Shown one piece after another: positions 21,709-39,136 of a DNA stretch of 64,000 nucleotides. Location of the stretch: the sequence record PP400787; one strand, written 5' to 3'. Within the stretch, counting starts at the first letter, position 1. Every line of letters begins with the position of its first letter. Below the pieces are notes generated by a model. The model saw only the letters and a list, made by a program, of their open reading frames with translations, was not told where the DNA came from and searched no databases. The position numbers and the translations under genes were made by a program. The stretch comes from Escherichia phage FL23.

Positions 21709-23688
21709 TTAACCAGCAAGACCAGTTAACTCATCGAAATCTGCACCAGTAGCAGTTGCTACGAAGTTCAAGGTAATGTAGTTAATGCTTCTAGCCGGTT
21801 GAATGTAGAATGTTGCAACAAACTCATTTCTATCAATTACTGACGGAGTGTTATTTGTTGTATCGCAAACTACACGATATTCATAAATTCCACCGAGAGC
21901 TTTAATTCCCTGTAAGTATTGGGCAGTTTCTGTGCGGAATGATGAACGAGTAAACGCGTTGTTTAATTCGAACAAACGATATTTTGAACTACGTCCGATA
22001 TTCGTTTTCAACATATTAAACAGACGACGAACGTTAATACGATCAAATGGAGAAGGAACAGAAGTAGCTGTTTTATCACCATACAATACGTAACCATCAC
22101 CACCTGTACCAGTTACTGGGTTGATAGCTTCTTGATATAAACGGTCGCGCTGAGCTTGGCGAGTTTCAATAGCAAGTTTAATAACGTTAAGAATCTGACC
22201 ACGATTATAACCAGCTGGAGACATCCAAGTCTGAGAAACGTTATCAGTTCTCGCGCATAAACCAGCAATGTCAGCTGCTAATGGAACCCAACGATTCACA
22301 TCATTATATTTGTCATACTGATATTTGTAGTTACCATCAATTGCTGCGTAGGTTGAACTGATATTAAAGTTATTATCAGTGTATGAACCTGCTGCAGTTC
22401 TCCAGTTAACTAAATTATCTACTGCACGAGTTACAGGAATTCCAACTACAGTTTCACGCGGAGGTGAGCACAATACTAAGCAATCTTGACGAGCATCACC
22501 AATTGAAACAACATGTTTTTGGACAGTAGATGCTGTTTCAAGAGATTCACCGGCACAAGAACCAGCAATAAACAATTGAACGTCAACAGATTCACGGTCA
22601 GCAAAGAAGTCCCAAGCTTCCATCAAATCTCCTGATGTTACTTCAGCATTTGATGATAATCCACCAGACAGAGTTAAAATTCCAGAGAAGCCTTCTGGCC
22701 AGTTTTGTGCAGTTGCAAAAATATATTCTGAGCCGCCTTTTGCGAAAAAGTCATCGATATAGATGTTACTATCGTAAATATCTTTTTCACCACGCTTAGT
22801 TGAAAGAACAACGCTTTGAACAATAGCATCATTGCGACGAACTATAATAGCGTACTGTGAATCAGTTTGCGGTCCATATCCAAACACTGCCTTGGCAGTA
22901 GATGCACGAGTACCACCACCTGGATAAATTGGGAGTAATGCAGAAGCGCCTTTCGCGTAATCAGCTTTAGATACGATTTCGATTTCGATTTTATCGCCTA
23001 ATTCGCCTGGATAAAGAGCTACTACTCCTGGAATTCCATATTTTTTAAGATTTTCCTGAAAATCAACAGCTGTTATAGCAGCTTCAGCATTTTCAATTTC
23101 AGCTAATAAAATACCAGAATCAGTAATAATTTTTCCAAGAGTTATTACTGCAGCTAAACCAGAGGAAGACGAAGAAATTTCCGCAGTCCAGTTAGAACCT
23201 AGTGTTGGATATTCACCGACTTCTTTCGCTTTAGCGATAATTTTTGCAGTAGGAATACTAATTTTCTTGATTTTTCCATCAGCATCTACTTCGGTGATTT
23301 TACCTTCAGTTTCAATATCATCTGAAACATATTTGACCGTGATTTTATCTCCAACCGCATAGTTACTACCTGGGGTAGAAATTGTGTATTCAATATTACC
23401 AGCAATCGGAGATGAGTTTTTAGCGGTATCTCTATCGACAGCGCGCACAACTCGCAAATCATTTCCATATTGTAAGAAATTCATTGCAGACATAAAATAG
23501 TCAGCAGTTTCAGCTGTAGGTTGACCAAAAGTATTAACTAAATCTACTTCGTTTGTAACCTGTTTAATCTGAAAAGCAGGACCCCACTGGAATTTACCGG
23601 CCAAAGCTGCTGTACCAGTAGAGTTATTAACCACGGTGCTTTGAACCGTAGTTTCTTTGAGCTCAATGCCCGGAGATAATAAAGTCAT
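21709..23688 (-). CDS. 18: Contractile tail sheath protein (gp18-like)
   Basis: 659-aa ORF, same length as T4 gp18. Confidence 0.9.
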   Translation of the reverse strand: MTLLSPGIELKETTVQSTVVNNSTGTAALAGKFQWGPAFQIKQVTNEVDLVNTFGQPTAETADYFMSAMNFLQYGNDLRVVRAVDRDTAKNSSPIAGNIEYTISTPGSNYAVGDKITVKYVSDDIETEGKITEVDADGKIKKISIPTAKIIAKAKEVGEYPTLGSNWTAEISSSSSGLAAVITLGKIITDSGILLAEIENAEAAITAVDFQENLKKYGIPGVVALYPGELGDKIEIEIVSKADYAKGASALLPIYPGGGTRASTAKAVFGYGPQTDSQYAIIVRRNDAIVQSVVLSTKRGEKDIYDSNIYIDDFFAKGGSEYIFATAQNWPEGFSGILTLSGGLSSNAEVTSGDLMEAWDFFADRESVDVQLFIAGSCAGESLETASTVQKHVVSIGDARQDCLVLCSPPRETVVGIPVTRAVDNLVNWRTAAGSYTDNNFNISSTYAAIDGNYKYQYDKYNDVNRWVPLAADIAGLCARTDNVSQTWMSPAGYNRGQILNVIKLAIETRQAQRDRLYQEAINPVTGTGGDGYVLYGDKTATSVPSPFDRINVRRLFNMLKTNIGRSSKYRLFELNNAFTRSSFRTETAQYLQGIKALGGIYEYRVVCDTTNNTPSVIDRNEFVATFYIQPARSINYITLNFVATATGADFDELTGLAG

Positions 23689-23716
23689 TTTTAATCCTCT
23701 TTAATATGCTTTAATA

Positions 23717-26857
<3,141 letters not shown>

Positions 26858-26898
26858 GACTTCTCCTAATCTGGGCTTTAATTAGTTTATAATATTTA

Positions 26899-30090
<3,192 letters not shown>

Positions 30091-30099
30091 TTGTAATCC

Positions 30100-31650
30100 T
30101 TAGTAATGAATTTTAATAATATAGTTTAATGATATATTCCATGGTCTAGTTTCATAACCAATTAATCCTTCACGATTAAGTGTACCAAGGGCATCTCTCG
30201 GTCCACCTAATTCAAATCCATCATTAGTGAAGTATGAAGCATTATCCCAGTCGGCATATTTTCTAGTTCCAAGATATCCTTGATAAACGGACGCGCCAAA
30301 TGGAGCTTCATGTCTTTGGTATTCTCCCCAACCACCAGCATGTTTATGGTATGACATCTGTTGTGCTTGAACACCGCCAACATGCATTCCGTCACATCCT
30401 ACACCAAGTCTATCCTTCCCGTAACCATCTTGCCCTCGTTGATTTAAAATATGACCACCAGTACCAGCTCCTCTGACGAAAAGACCTCGCATATCAGGAA
30501 TGCCAGGATTATTCCAATCGCCACCAAATCTCGTTCCAACTGTGTTTCTATAATCAGGATATTGATCTCCTGACACGGTTCCACCATGACACATAATCCA
30601 ACCAGGAGGAGCTGAATCTCCAGCAAACATCATAATAGTTCCAACTGGAACCCTTTCGGACGCATATCTTTCAGTGGCAACAGGTTGATCGCCATTTTTC
30701 CACATTCCGCCGCGTGACCAAATTCCATTTGCTGTGAGATGATCTAAATTTAAAGAACCATTAATAGTTTGTCCACCACGAGTATTAATTACATCTGCGT
30801 TCCAGGCTAATGCACCAGAGCTATCACCTTCAGGAGCAATACCAGCTTGCGTCGTTAATTTTACTACCCCACGCATAGAACCGGTAGCTCCTCGACCATT
30901 TAGTGTTTCACCTGTTACTGCAACATCCCCCAAATTATTATTAATTTCTGCTTGTGTTCCTAGACGTATAACACCTTTATATTCTTGTGTTGCAACAGAA
31001 TTCATAAAGGTATACGGGGAAATTGCATATCCTTCACGGAGAGTTCCTTGACGAGTTTGAGCGACAGTTGATAACTGAACTACACCTCTAACAGATTCTG
31101 ATGCTGTGTCTTCTGAAGGAGCTATTTGCGAAATTAATTTTATTGCGAGTTTTTGGGTTTTCAACGGAGTCATCGCCGTAGTATCATCTATACCAGCCAA
31201 AGCCGCAGGAGTAGATGATATTTTAATAACTCCATTTGATGATTCAGATGAATACCTATTTTGGAATACATCGTCAGTATGGTATTTCAGTTTTTGCGGC
31301 GTTATTGATGAATTATTATCTGAGCCTTCTAAAGTTTCTTCATTTGTTGAATAGCGCGTTAATCCATATTTAGTTTCAGTAGCATTTGGATACAATAATC
31401 TTGTTGCTAATGTAGCTGGTGTAACGATTTTAGAATTATTTGTTCCATCTAAAACCTCTTGCTCTGACGCAATCATTGCTATTCCTTTAACTTCCATAGT
31501 TGCATCAGGAATACCATTTACGCCGATATTACTTATTTTTGATAATGCAGACTGCACCGTCGTAACAGTGTCAGGAAAATTCGATCCTACTGGATCGAAT
31601 TTAACATATTTTGATTCATTTGATACGTGCTGATATGTATTATTACTCAT
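30100..31650 (-). CDS. 12: Short tail fibre protein (gp12-like)
   Basis: 516-aa ORF; size close to T4 gp12; synteny 11-12-wac. Confidence 0.8.
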   Translation of the reverse strand: MSNNTYQHVSNESKYVKFDPVGSNFPDTVTTVQSALSKISNIGVNGIPDATMEVKGIAMIASEQEVLDGTNNSKIVTPATLATRLLYPNATETKYGLTRYSTNEETLEGSDNNSSITPQKLKYHTDDVFQNRYSSESSNGVIKISSTPAALAGIDDTTAMTPLKTQKLAIKLISQIAPSEDTASESVRGVVQLSTVAQTRQGTLREGYAISPYTFMNSVATQEYKGVIRLGTQAEINNNLGDVAVTGETLNGRGATGSMRGVVKLTTQAGIAPEGDSSGALAWNADVINTRGGQTINGSLNLDHLTANGIWSRGGMWKNGDQPVATERYASERVPVGTIMMFAGDSAPPGWIMCHGGTVSGDQYPDYRNTVGTRFGGDWNNPGIPDMRGLFVRGAGTGGHILNQRGQDGYGKDRLGVGCDGMHVGGVQAQQMSYHKHAGGWGEYQRHEAPFGASVYQGYLGTRKYADWDNASYFTNDGFELGGPRDALGTLNREGLIGYETRPWNISLNYIIKIHY

Positions 31651-32306
31651 GCTATTCTCTCAAAATAATAAAATACTGTAGGTTGTGTGTGACTATCTAA
31701 CGTGACAGTTTGCGCACCTAATAATTGCCAAGTTCCATATCCAGGTTTAGAAGGAGAAATTATTTCTTGTTTGAAAGTAATTCCTTTATCAGAATATTGC
31801 TCTAAGATATGTTCTTGGTTATCTAAATACTTAACTTGTATTTTATTTCCTATTGTAGGATGGTCTTCAAATGAATCAATTGCAATAAATTTTGCAACCA
31901 TTTCCTGTAGAGCTGTTCTAACGGCACTGGTAAATTCAATTGAAGTCATTCCATTAGTAGCTTTAACAGGAATGCCAAACATGTTAACAATAACTGGGTC
32001 ACCCGGTTTGGCTGAAGTATCAGTAACAGTTCCTTCAAATGACCAATAGTCGGTTTGTTGTACGCCAGTAGGAGATACGCCGCTTATATTAATTAATACA
32101 GCTCCAACCTGTTGCTCTGCCATATTTCTAACATCATTGATAGCAGATTCTACATTTGGGTCATAAAAACCTTTTGCTATTTGTGAAATTGTTACAGCAC
32201 CTACCGGCTGATTATTCATAACCGAAATATCATTTTTCTTAGTTCTAAAACCAAGAAAATCTGCTAAGCGGGAAATAACTCCCGCTTTATTATTAAGTAA
32301 ACTCAT
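31647..32306 (-). CDS. 11: Baseplate wedge / short-fibre attachment protein (gp11-like)
   Basis: 219 aa from verified ATG at 32304-32306 (track ORF starts at upstream TTG); TAATG overlap with gene 10. Confidence 0.8.
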   Translation of the reverse strand: MSLLNNKAGVISRLADFLGFRTKKNDISVMNNQPVGAVTISQIAKGFYDPNVESAINDVRNMAEQQVGAVLINISGVSPTGVQQTDYWSFEGTVTDTSAKPGDPVIVNMFGIPVKATNGMTSIEFTSAVRTALQEMVAKFIAIDSFEDHPTIGNKIQVKYLDNQEHILEQYSDKGITFKQEIISPSKPGYGTWQLLGAQTVTLDSHTQPTVFYYFERIA

Positions 32307-34111
32307 TATGCAATCCTTATCCAACGGTATACAGTAATAGACGGTTGAATATTACTAATATTAGCAGGAGGAGTATGTGAAGAGTTTGTTGTTGCGTAGT
32401 CTTCACGATATTTTGTATATATAGGACCAGTTTCGTCTGGGTCATATTGACATCCTCCAATAATAACTGATCCATTTTCGTCTTCAATTAAAACTCTTTC
32501 ATCAGTTTTAGTCGCAGGAAGATTTGCGTTTTCAAGCGTTACTGATGTTGTACCAACTGTTCCACCGGCGGTATGTGAAGGATTTCCGCTAGAATCTAAA
32601 TCATTATTGTTTAAAGCAAAGTTTGGATCCGTAACATCATCATTCCATCCTACTAAAACCTGCCCTTTACCAAATAATTTCCATGAACCAAATCCCATAT
32701 AAGTCACTGGATTATTTGGATTTATAGCATTTTCATAAATTGAACCAACAGGATAAATGCTGTCGAAAATAGATGATATTGAATTATACGTTCTAGTATA
32801 AGAATCAACTTTTTCAACATTTGGCCAACCGATTTTATCAAAATCTGTTAAGGCTACATCACCAGTAACTTCAGTAGATGATCCTTTACTAACATAACGG
32901 TCATCAGTTAATTCAATAATGTCATCTTTTTCTAAAAGAGTTCCTAAATCATTATTGAACCATGTTATAACGATTATATCGCCAGATTCAAATTTTCTAT
33001 CAAATAAAAGACTGACAGGTTTTCCATCTTCATATTCTATAGAATAATCTGTATTCGATTCTTTCCATTCACCACCAAGAGATATACATCCTGCTTGCGT
33101 ATCTGAATTAGCACCTTCACACAAAAACAGAGGATATCCGGCTGTTCCAGCTTGTTGTTGTAAAATTCCATTAAAACGAACTTCAAGAGAATTAGGATTA
33201 ATAGGTTCTCCAGGAATTAATCCAAATGCAGAGAATGGAATTGATTTCATTGTTGATAAATCAGTAACGTAAATACTTCCTTCTAAAGAAGTTTTTGACG
33301 TTAATTTTGAATCTAATACTTTTATTTGGCGTCTTGTATATGAACTTCTCCATTGTGATACACCATCCATAAATGTTTCAATTTGAACAGTGTCACCAAT
33401 ATTACAAGGCTGTCTTAACCTAATATTAAATCCATCAAGAGGAATCAATTCTCCTTCATTTTCCCCAGGAGAGCCAAAGTCACTGTTTTCACTAAATACA
33501 TCGCCATAATATAATTCATTACCGCGGTGTTTTACTCGGATGTTATTAACATTATAGCTAGTTCCACGGAAAACATCTAAAAAGTCTGTTTGCCCTTGAA
33601 CTTCGACTAAAAATTCTTTACGTGCTACATTACTAATATCTGAACTAATAATTTTGTCAATTTGTTTGTTTTTGACATATTCCCAACGTCCTGGAGCACA
33701 ATAAACTAACTCTAAATCGCTAAATTGGACATTAATTTCAACTGATGACGATGATCCTTTAATAGTATCACCAGAAGCGGCTACTAGAGTAACTGGATTA
33801 ACATTCCATGTTGCAAATACATCCCTAGCTTTAATTACTTTATTATAATCATTAACGGTTCCTTTAGGAAGTTGCAGAGTTACTCTTCCAGATGAAGTGT
33901 TAATGGCATATGATTTTCCCCATTCTGCTGTTAATGTTTGTCCTGATGAAGCATTATAAGTTTTCCAGGCACCAGCTGAATATGGAACATCACCGTCACC
34001 AAGCTCGTAATAAAGCTCATCAAAGTTTTCATTTATTTTTATACCACCTTTACGCAGGTAGTCACCGGTACCATCATCTACAACATTACCGATATTAATA
34101 TTTTGTTTCAT
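32306..34111 (-). CDS. 10: Baseplate wedge protein (gp10-like)
   Basis: 601-aa ORF; size matches T4 gp10. Confidence 0.8.
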   Translation of the reverse strand: MKQNINIGNVVDDGTGDYLRKGGIKINENFDELYYELGDGDVPYSAGAWKTYNASSGQTLTAEWGKSYAINTSSGRVTLQLPKGTVNDYNKVIKARDVFATWNVNPVTLVAASGDTIKGSSSSVEINVQFSDLELVYCAPGRWEYVKNKQIDKIISSDISNVARKEFLVEVQGQTDFLDVFRGTSYNVNNIRVKHRGNELYYGDVFSENSDFGSPGENEGELIPLDGFNIRLRQPCNIGDTVQIETFMDGVSQWRSSYTRRQIKVLDSKLTSKTSLEGSIYVTDLSTMKSIPFSAFGLIPGEPINPNSLEVRFNGILQQQAGTAGYPLFLCEGANSDTQAGCISLGGEWKESNTDYSIEYEDGKPVSLLFDRKFESGDIIVITWFNNDLGTLLEKDDIIELTDDRYVSKGSSTEVTGDVALTDFDKIGWPNVEKVDSYTRTYNSISSIFDSIYPVGSIYENAINPNNPVTYMGFGSWKLFGKGQVLVGWNDDVTDPNFALNNNDLDSSGNPSHTAGGTVGTTSVTLENANLPATKTDERVLIEDENGSVIIGGCQYDPDETGPIYTKYREDYATTNSSHTPPANISNIQPSITVYRWIRIA

Positions 34112-34977
34112 TATTGAGCCACCCCAATTTTCTGCGTAGCGATAACTTTAACTGCTGCTCTCATACCGACAGTTGAAGAACTTATAGTCGCCGTTACGTA
34201 ATTTTCTTTAATACTAAATGCAATATTAGCGATTTCGTCTTCTTCGGTTTCATTCCCAACTCGCATGACAGCATATTCAGAAGAAATTACCTCTGAATTG
34301 ACAGTATCCACAAGAATATTTATTTCTGCTGTTTTAATTTTTCTTCCATCTACCGATTGGCACGTAACTAGCAATTTAGCCATATTGTATTCAGTGCGAT
34401 GAAATAATGGAATGTCAACTGATCCAGATGTAGAAATATTCCATGTACCTTCAGCTGGTGATTCCTTTTGTCCAAACATACTTTCAATAGAATAATTCCA
34501 AACCGACGTAGAATTATCAGATGAAATACAGCGTAAAGTAACTTTACTATATGGGCTAGTTACTACTAAATTACCTGAAACACCTTTAATTGAATCAATA
34601 GCTTGAATTGTCAAAGGATTAGTAACTGATATTGATCCATTAGAGTTAATGAATTCAACGCAGTCGCCAAGTTCGCCTCTTTCAATGATAACTTTAACAC
34701 CTACAGTAGAGGTATCAATATCATGCCTAGTGCCAACTTTTACTGGAGTTGCGTACTCTGCAATAGAGTGTTTTTGATAATATCCAGTAGCATGGATAAT
34801 TTGGCCATCTGCTCCAGTGCCATTTGCTACTGCCATTTTACGTTGATCGCCAAACGCATTATAAATTGCGTTAAAATCACTATTAATTTTATTACCACCG
34901 TCGAATAAGATATCACCAGTAGAAGCGTTACCAATTTCGCCGGTATCAATCAATTTCTTTGGTTCTTGAATGAACAT
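34111..34977 (-). CDS. 9: Baseplate wedge / long-fibre socket protein (gp9-like)
   Basis: 288-aa ORF, same length as T4 gp9. Confidence 0.8.
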   Translation of the reverse strand: MFIQEPKKLIDTGEIGNASTGDILFDGGNKINSDFNAIYNAFGDQRKMAVANGTGADGQIIHATGYYQKHSIAEYATPVKVGTRHDIDTSTVGVKVIIERGELGDCVEFINSNGSISVTNPLTIQAIDSIKGVSGNLVVTSPYSKVTLRCISSDNSTSVWNYSIESMFGQKESPAEGTWNISTSGSVDIPLFHRTEYNMAKLLVTCQSVDGRKIKTAEINILVDTVNSEVISSEYAVMRVGNETEEDEIANIAFSIKENYVTATISSSTVGMRAAVKVIATQKIGVAQ

Positions 34978-35001
34978 AGCGGTTTCCTTATGAGTTTATA
35001 G

Positions 35002-35009
35002 TATTTATA
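35002..35009 (-). promoter_or_regulatory. Late promoter core for gene 9
   Basis: Plus-strand TATTTATA 25 nt upstream of gene 9 ATG. Confidence 0.55.
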
Positions 35010-35037
35010 AAGAAAAAGGGAGCCCATGGGCTCCCTT
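35008..35037 (-). terminator. Intrinsic terminator downstream of gene 8
   Basis: gggagccc/gggctccc inverted repeat; U-run on minus-strand transcript. Confidence 0.6.
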
Positions 35038-35040
35038 AAT

Positions 35041-36045
35041 TTAAAATGTAAACAGAATATTGATTTCTTCTGTCTGATCCATTGCCATAATAATAGGTGG
35101 CCTATTTTCCATATAAATCATTTCGCCCGAATGCCTCATTAAATCTTCCGGATCATAATAATCCTTTTCAGCTTTAACGTTTGGGTCATTTGGATGAGCT
35201 TTAGCTTCAAGAGGATTCGTGATTATTGATATTTGTCTAAATCCTTTATTTCCTGGCAATGCAGCTTCAGGAAAATAAACTGAATCTAAATATGCTTTAA
35301 AACGGACAGTATTTGCCTTAACACGGTAAATTAATCCAAAATCATCTTGCTGCCAAGTGAGATTATCTTCATACCCCCATCTAGTCGGGTCTTCTTTTAA
35401 TTCCTCAGGCCAAGGAACCACGATATATTCATTCGTGCATCTATTTATAGATACATCAGGCGGAATCTCAAATAGATATTCCCACACATACCCGTCCCCA
35501 GGTTCAATTGTTCCTTCAGCATCTCCTCGACCTTCAGGAGGAGTCATTGACCTAGCAGAAGGAGTCCATTTTCCACCTAACTTAAGGCATTCATCCTTAT
35601 CAGTTAAAGATGCGATTGAACACATTCCGGTATCAGGAACATCTAAACAACGATATACTAACCAGCCTGCGCCTGATTCAGTAGCGTTGTAAGGAGCTGA
35701 GTTACACACTACAATATCGTTAATTCTAAATGTGTATGGATCCGGATATCTAGTATCTCCCCAATCTCTGCGAGGAATAACAGCATCAAGCATTGATGGA
35801 AGAACCTTTACTGTTCCCATCATATGCGTCCACATGTCAGTTACGCCTAATACAGAATCAGTTGGATAAGGTGGGGCAAAGCCCACCTCATTTTCATTTG
35901 ATGACCACGGTTCTGATCTTCCAAATGTGATAAAGATAGTGTTTTTATCCGGACCACTTCCAATTGAATTATAAAAATTCAACATTTTTTCTGTTCTAAA
36001 TTTTGAAGTAACTATCGCACGATAGATAACACTTGAATCATTCAT
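35041..36045 (-). CDS. 8: Baseplate wedge protein (gp8-like)
   Basis: 334-aa ORF, same length as T4 gp8. Confidence 0.8.
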   Translation of the reverse strand: MNDSSVIYRAIVTSKFRTEKMLNFYNSIGSGPDKNTIFITFGRSEPWSSNENEVGFAPPYPTDSVLGVTDMWTHMMGTVKVLPSMLDAVIPRRDWGDTRYPDPYTFRINDIVVCNSAPYNATESGAGWLVYRCLDVPDTGMCSIASLTDKDECLKLGGKWTPSARSMTPPEGRGDAEGTIEPGDGYVWEYLFEIPPDVSINRCTNEYIVVPWPEELKEDPTRWGYEDNLTWQQDDFGLIYRVKANTVRFKAYLDSVYFPEAALPGNKGFRQISIITNPLEAKAHPNDPNVKAEKDYYDPEDLMRHSGEMIYMENRPPIIMAMDQTEEINILFTF

Positions 36046-39000
36046 CTATTTTAACCTGTGTTGGATTTTCAGGGTCTCTTGGATTTCCTATATTATCTTT
36101 TAGACGTTTATTAACTAAATCTCTAAATTGCGCAAATGTTGTTCCAGATGCATCAAATAAAGGACTCATTAATTTACGTCGTTCAGACGGCAATTGACCT
36201 TGAAACATTGAATTATTATTTTCAGCATTATAGTCATCAGGAAGAGGATATTCTACACCAGCCATTGGGCCAGGCTCATAAATTGCTTCGCCTGTTACTG
36301 AATCATGCTCAATTTCACCGGTTGGAGTTAATTTAGCTACTCTATCAGCATATTCAGTAGGTAATCCAGAATCCCATTTATAGTTTTTGTATTTATTAAT
36401 TATAGTCTCTGTATGTTTAAGAGTTAAACCAACATTAATAAACATCGTTAAAAGGGTAATTGCTATAAATCCAAATCCTACTGGATGAACAAAACGAATA
36501 ACGTCAGATTTCCAGCGGGAAGAAGGTAAATTGGATTTAATTTTCATTACATAGTATGATCTACTTCTATTAATATAGTCTATATTGTTTTGAAGCAAAT
36601 CCTTTCCTTTAACTCCACGAATAATTTCGCCTTCAAAACTAGGAAGTCTTTCTGCTTTAACTTCTTGACCAGCAATTAATCTTCCCAAAAGATTATGAAT
36701 AGTTACGGTCCATTGCAATTTACCATTAGAATAACTTCTTTCTATATAAGTAACATTACATCTTCCTGTTGCTGTATAAATCGTTTGTCCTACTAAATCT
36801 TCAGTCAAAGAATCAGATTGAACGATTATATCATATTCAGTACCAGCCCCAGATTCAATTTCAATTTCAACTTCTTCATTATAAAGAACTTTAAAAAGAA
36901 ACTTGTATGATGCTTCAATTCCTTTAGTAGAATAAAAATCATAGCTACGTGATTCAAAGAATCTCGCAACAGCATCACGTTTATCAGCATTTAAATAAAT
37001 GTTTCTTTTATATATCTCTGACCACAAATATTCCCATGCATGCTCTTCTCGTGGATACTGATTACGAATTAAATTTCGTAAATTATTATACTGAGTTCCA
37101 TATCCGTCAGAAAGATATTGAATATATGCTTCGCAAAATGACTCAAAATTCGAATCCTGCAACAAATAAGAATCAGGCATCATTGTGCCAATTAATGGTC
37201 TTAAATCTGGGTCAGCTAATCCATGCTCTTCTTCTGGTGACCAAGGAGTCTCATGCTCTTGGTTTTGTAAAAATGCTTTTAAAAATACTTCAGTTGGCTT
37301 CCAAATAATTTCTACTGTATCTCTCACGCGATAGTTAAAATCATAGTAAGAAATTATTTCACCAGAGGCTTTATAGAAAAGCATCCCAGATGCATATTTT
37401 TTAAATCCAGTGAATTTAACATTTGGCATTACTATAGTACAATCGCCATCATCCCAGTATTCATGAACTAATCTATCTGGTGATGTTTCCGGAATATTTT
37501 CTATAACTTTAGTGTATTTTAAATCAGCATAAACTACTACAGCTCTATCAGAGTTGTTTATCCAACAACGTGTGTTAGATTTTTTAGACCAGTTAAAGAA
37601 CGGTTCTGCGTAGTATTTCATTGGTTGAGGAGTAAAAGTCTCCCAATCAGATTTTTCATCCGCTATAAATGCCATCATATGATAATGCTTATCAGCTAGC
37701 CATTCACGAGGAAATTCATATTTAACGGCACCGATTAACTGATATTTTGCTACAGTTTCAGGGTCATTAACAACATTATCACTTAAAAATTTAAAATTAC
37801 TCGAAGACAGAGAAACTAATTTACCGTCAGTTGACATATTCGCATATCCGGGTTGAATACGTCTTCTTTCTTCTTCGGTATTACCAAAAACTCTTTTCCA
37901 TGTTTTTTCGTCATGATTTAAAACATATATTCCTTTATCAGCGGAATCAATTATTTTTGATGTTCTCGGATTGGCATTTAATGTTTCAACTTCTCCAATA
38001 ATAAGAGCAAAAACTTTATCACCGATAGAATCCATTTTATAGCATACTGCTTTAGGATTTCCGGTTATAGTCATAGTATCAGGTTCAAAAAGTCTTTCCG
38101 AATATGTTGGAGATAATGGATCAGAATCTATAGGTGCATTACTCGTTTTTATGTATCTAACTTTGTCTCTGGCGACAACGTAAATGTAATCATCGGTGCA
38201 AGTAATAGCTTCTGCAATGCGGTATACATTCGCTGGTAAAGTCGCATAAGTGGCAAAAATTTCTACATCAAATCCTAGATGCAATTGGTCACCAAGTTTA
38301 GCAAATGTTATATCCTGTGAACTAAATCTGACATCATCAGCTGACCATCTAACATCAGTAGATTTACGGCCGTAGAAAATCTTGTCGTATCCTAGAACGT
38401 ATGTTGTGTTTGCAGATTGGTAATATACTGTCTTAGATAAAGGATATCCTACACGGTCATTGAAGAGCTTTACAGCTTTCCAAGTTTGTCCTTTATCATT
38501 AGATACTTTAACTACGGGTTGATAGCGCTCAAAAAGATATAGAATCCCTTCTGATTCCATCAAATAAACACGGTTAATATCCTTACATACCTGCTGAATA
38601 GAACCTTGTATTTCATGATACTCATTTTCACCAATAATAAAATTACTTATTGATGAAACATCAACATATGATGGACTGAATTGGAACGATTCATTCATCA
38701 ATGCAGCCATTATAGTGTCATTGTTAAAATTAACATAATCAGAATTATTAAGAGTAAATTTTTCCTGAATGAATTTATTGGCTAATTGCATTTCAATCAT
38801 GTTTTGAAATGTATAAGCATTTGTAGCAAAAGTTTCAAACTCTTCGGTATAAATCCAATCAGACTGCTCAAAATCTTGCGCAGCTGTAGCTACTCTGATA
38901 ATGTATGATGTCAATGGGTCAGCATCATCAAAAAAGAAGCTGTTATTTGCAGTATATCCTAAGTTAATCCATCTGTATTGATTACTCGGGAGATTTTCCC

Positions 39001-39136
39001 CCGAGTTCGTTTTTGTCTCAGCGATTTCTACAAAATAGTAGAAATTAGCACCAACGTCATCCCAGCGTACTTGCACCTGATTTGCGGATAACTTGGAAAT
39101 TCTGAGACTAGTGACTGAAGGTGCTTTTACTGTCAT
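36038..39136 (-). CDS. 7: Baseplate wedge initiator (gp7-like)
   Basis: 1032-aa ORF, same length as T4 gp7. Confidence 0.85.
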   Translation of the reverse strand: MTVKAPSVTSLRISKLSANQVQVRWDDVGANFYYFVEIAETKTNSGENLPSNQYRWINLGYTANNSFFFDDADPLTSYIIRVATAAQDFEQSDWIYTEEFETFATNAYTFQNMIEMQLANKFIQEKFTLNNSDYVNFNNDTIMAALMNESFQFSPSYVDVSSISNFIIGENEYHEIQGSIQQVCKDINRVYLMESEGILYLFERYQPVVKVSNDKGQTWKAVKLFNDRVGYPLSKTVYYQSANTTYVLGYDKIFYGRKSTDVRWSADDVRFSSQDITFAKLGDQLHLGFDVEIFATYATLPANVYRIAEAITCTDDYIYVVARDKVRYIKTSNAPIDSDPLSPTYSERLFEPDTMTITGNPKAVCYKMDSIGDKVFALIIGEVETLNANPRTSKIIDSADKGIYVLNHDEKTWKRVFGNTEEERRRIQPGYANMSTDGKLVSLSSSNFKFLSDNVVNDPETVAKYQLIGAVKYEFPREWLADKHYHMMAFIADEKSDWETFTPQPMKYYAEPFFNWSKKSNTRCWINNSDRAVVVYADLKYTKVIENIPETSPDRLVHEYWDDGDCTIVMPNVKFTGFKKYASGMLFYKASGEIISYYDFNYRVRDTVEIIWKPTEVFLKAFLQNQEHETPWSPEEEHGLADPDLRPLIGTMMPDSYLLQDSNFESFCEAYIQYLSDGYGTQYNNLRNLIRNQYPREEHAWEYLWSEIYKRNIYLNADKRDAVARFFESRSYDFYSTKGIEASYKFLFKVLYNEEVEIEIESGAGTEYDIIVQSDSLTEDLVGQTIYTATGRCNVTYIERSYSNGKLQWTVTIHNLLGRLIAGQEVKAERLPSFEGEIIRGVKGKDLLQNNIDYINRSRSYYVMKIKSNLPSSRWKSDVIRFVHPVGFGFIAITLLTMFINVGLTLKHTETIINKYKNYKWDSGLPTEYADRVAKLTPTGEIEHDSVTGEAIYEPGPMAGVEYPLPDDYNAENNNSMFQGQLPSERRKLMSPLFDASGTTFAQFRDLVNKRLKDNIGNPRDPENPTQVKIDE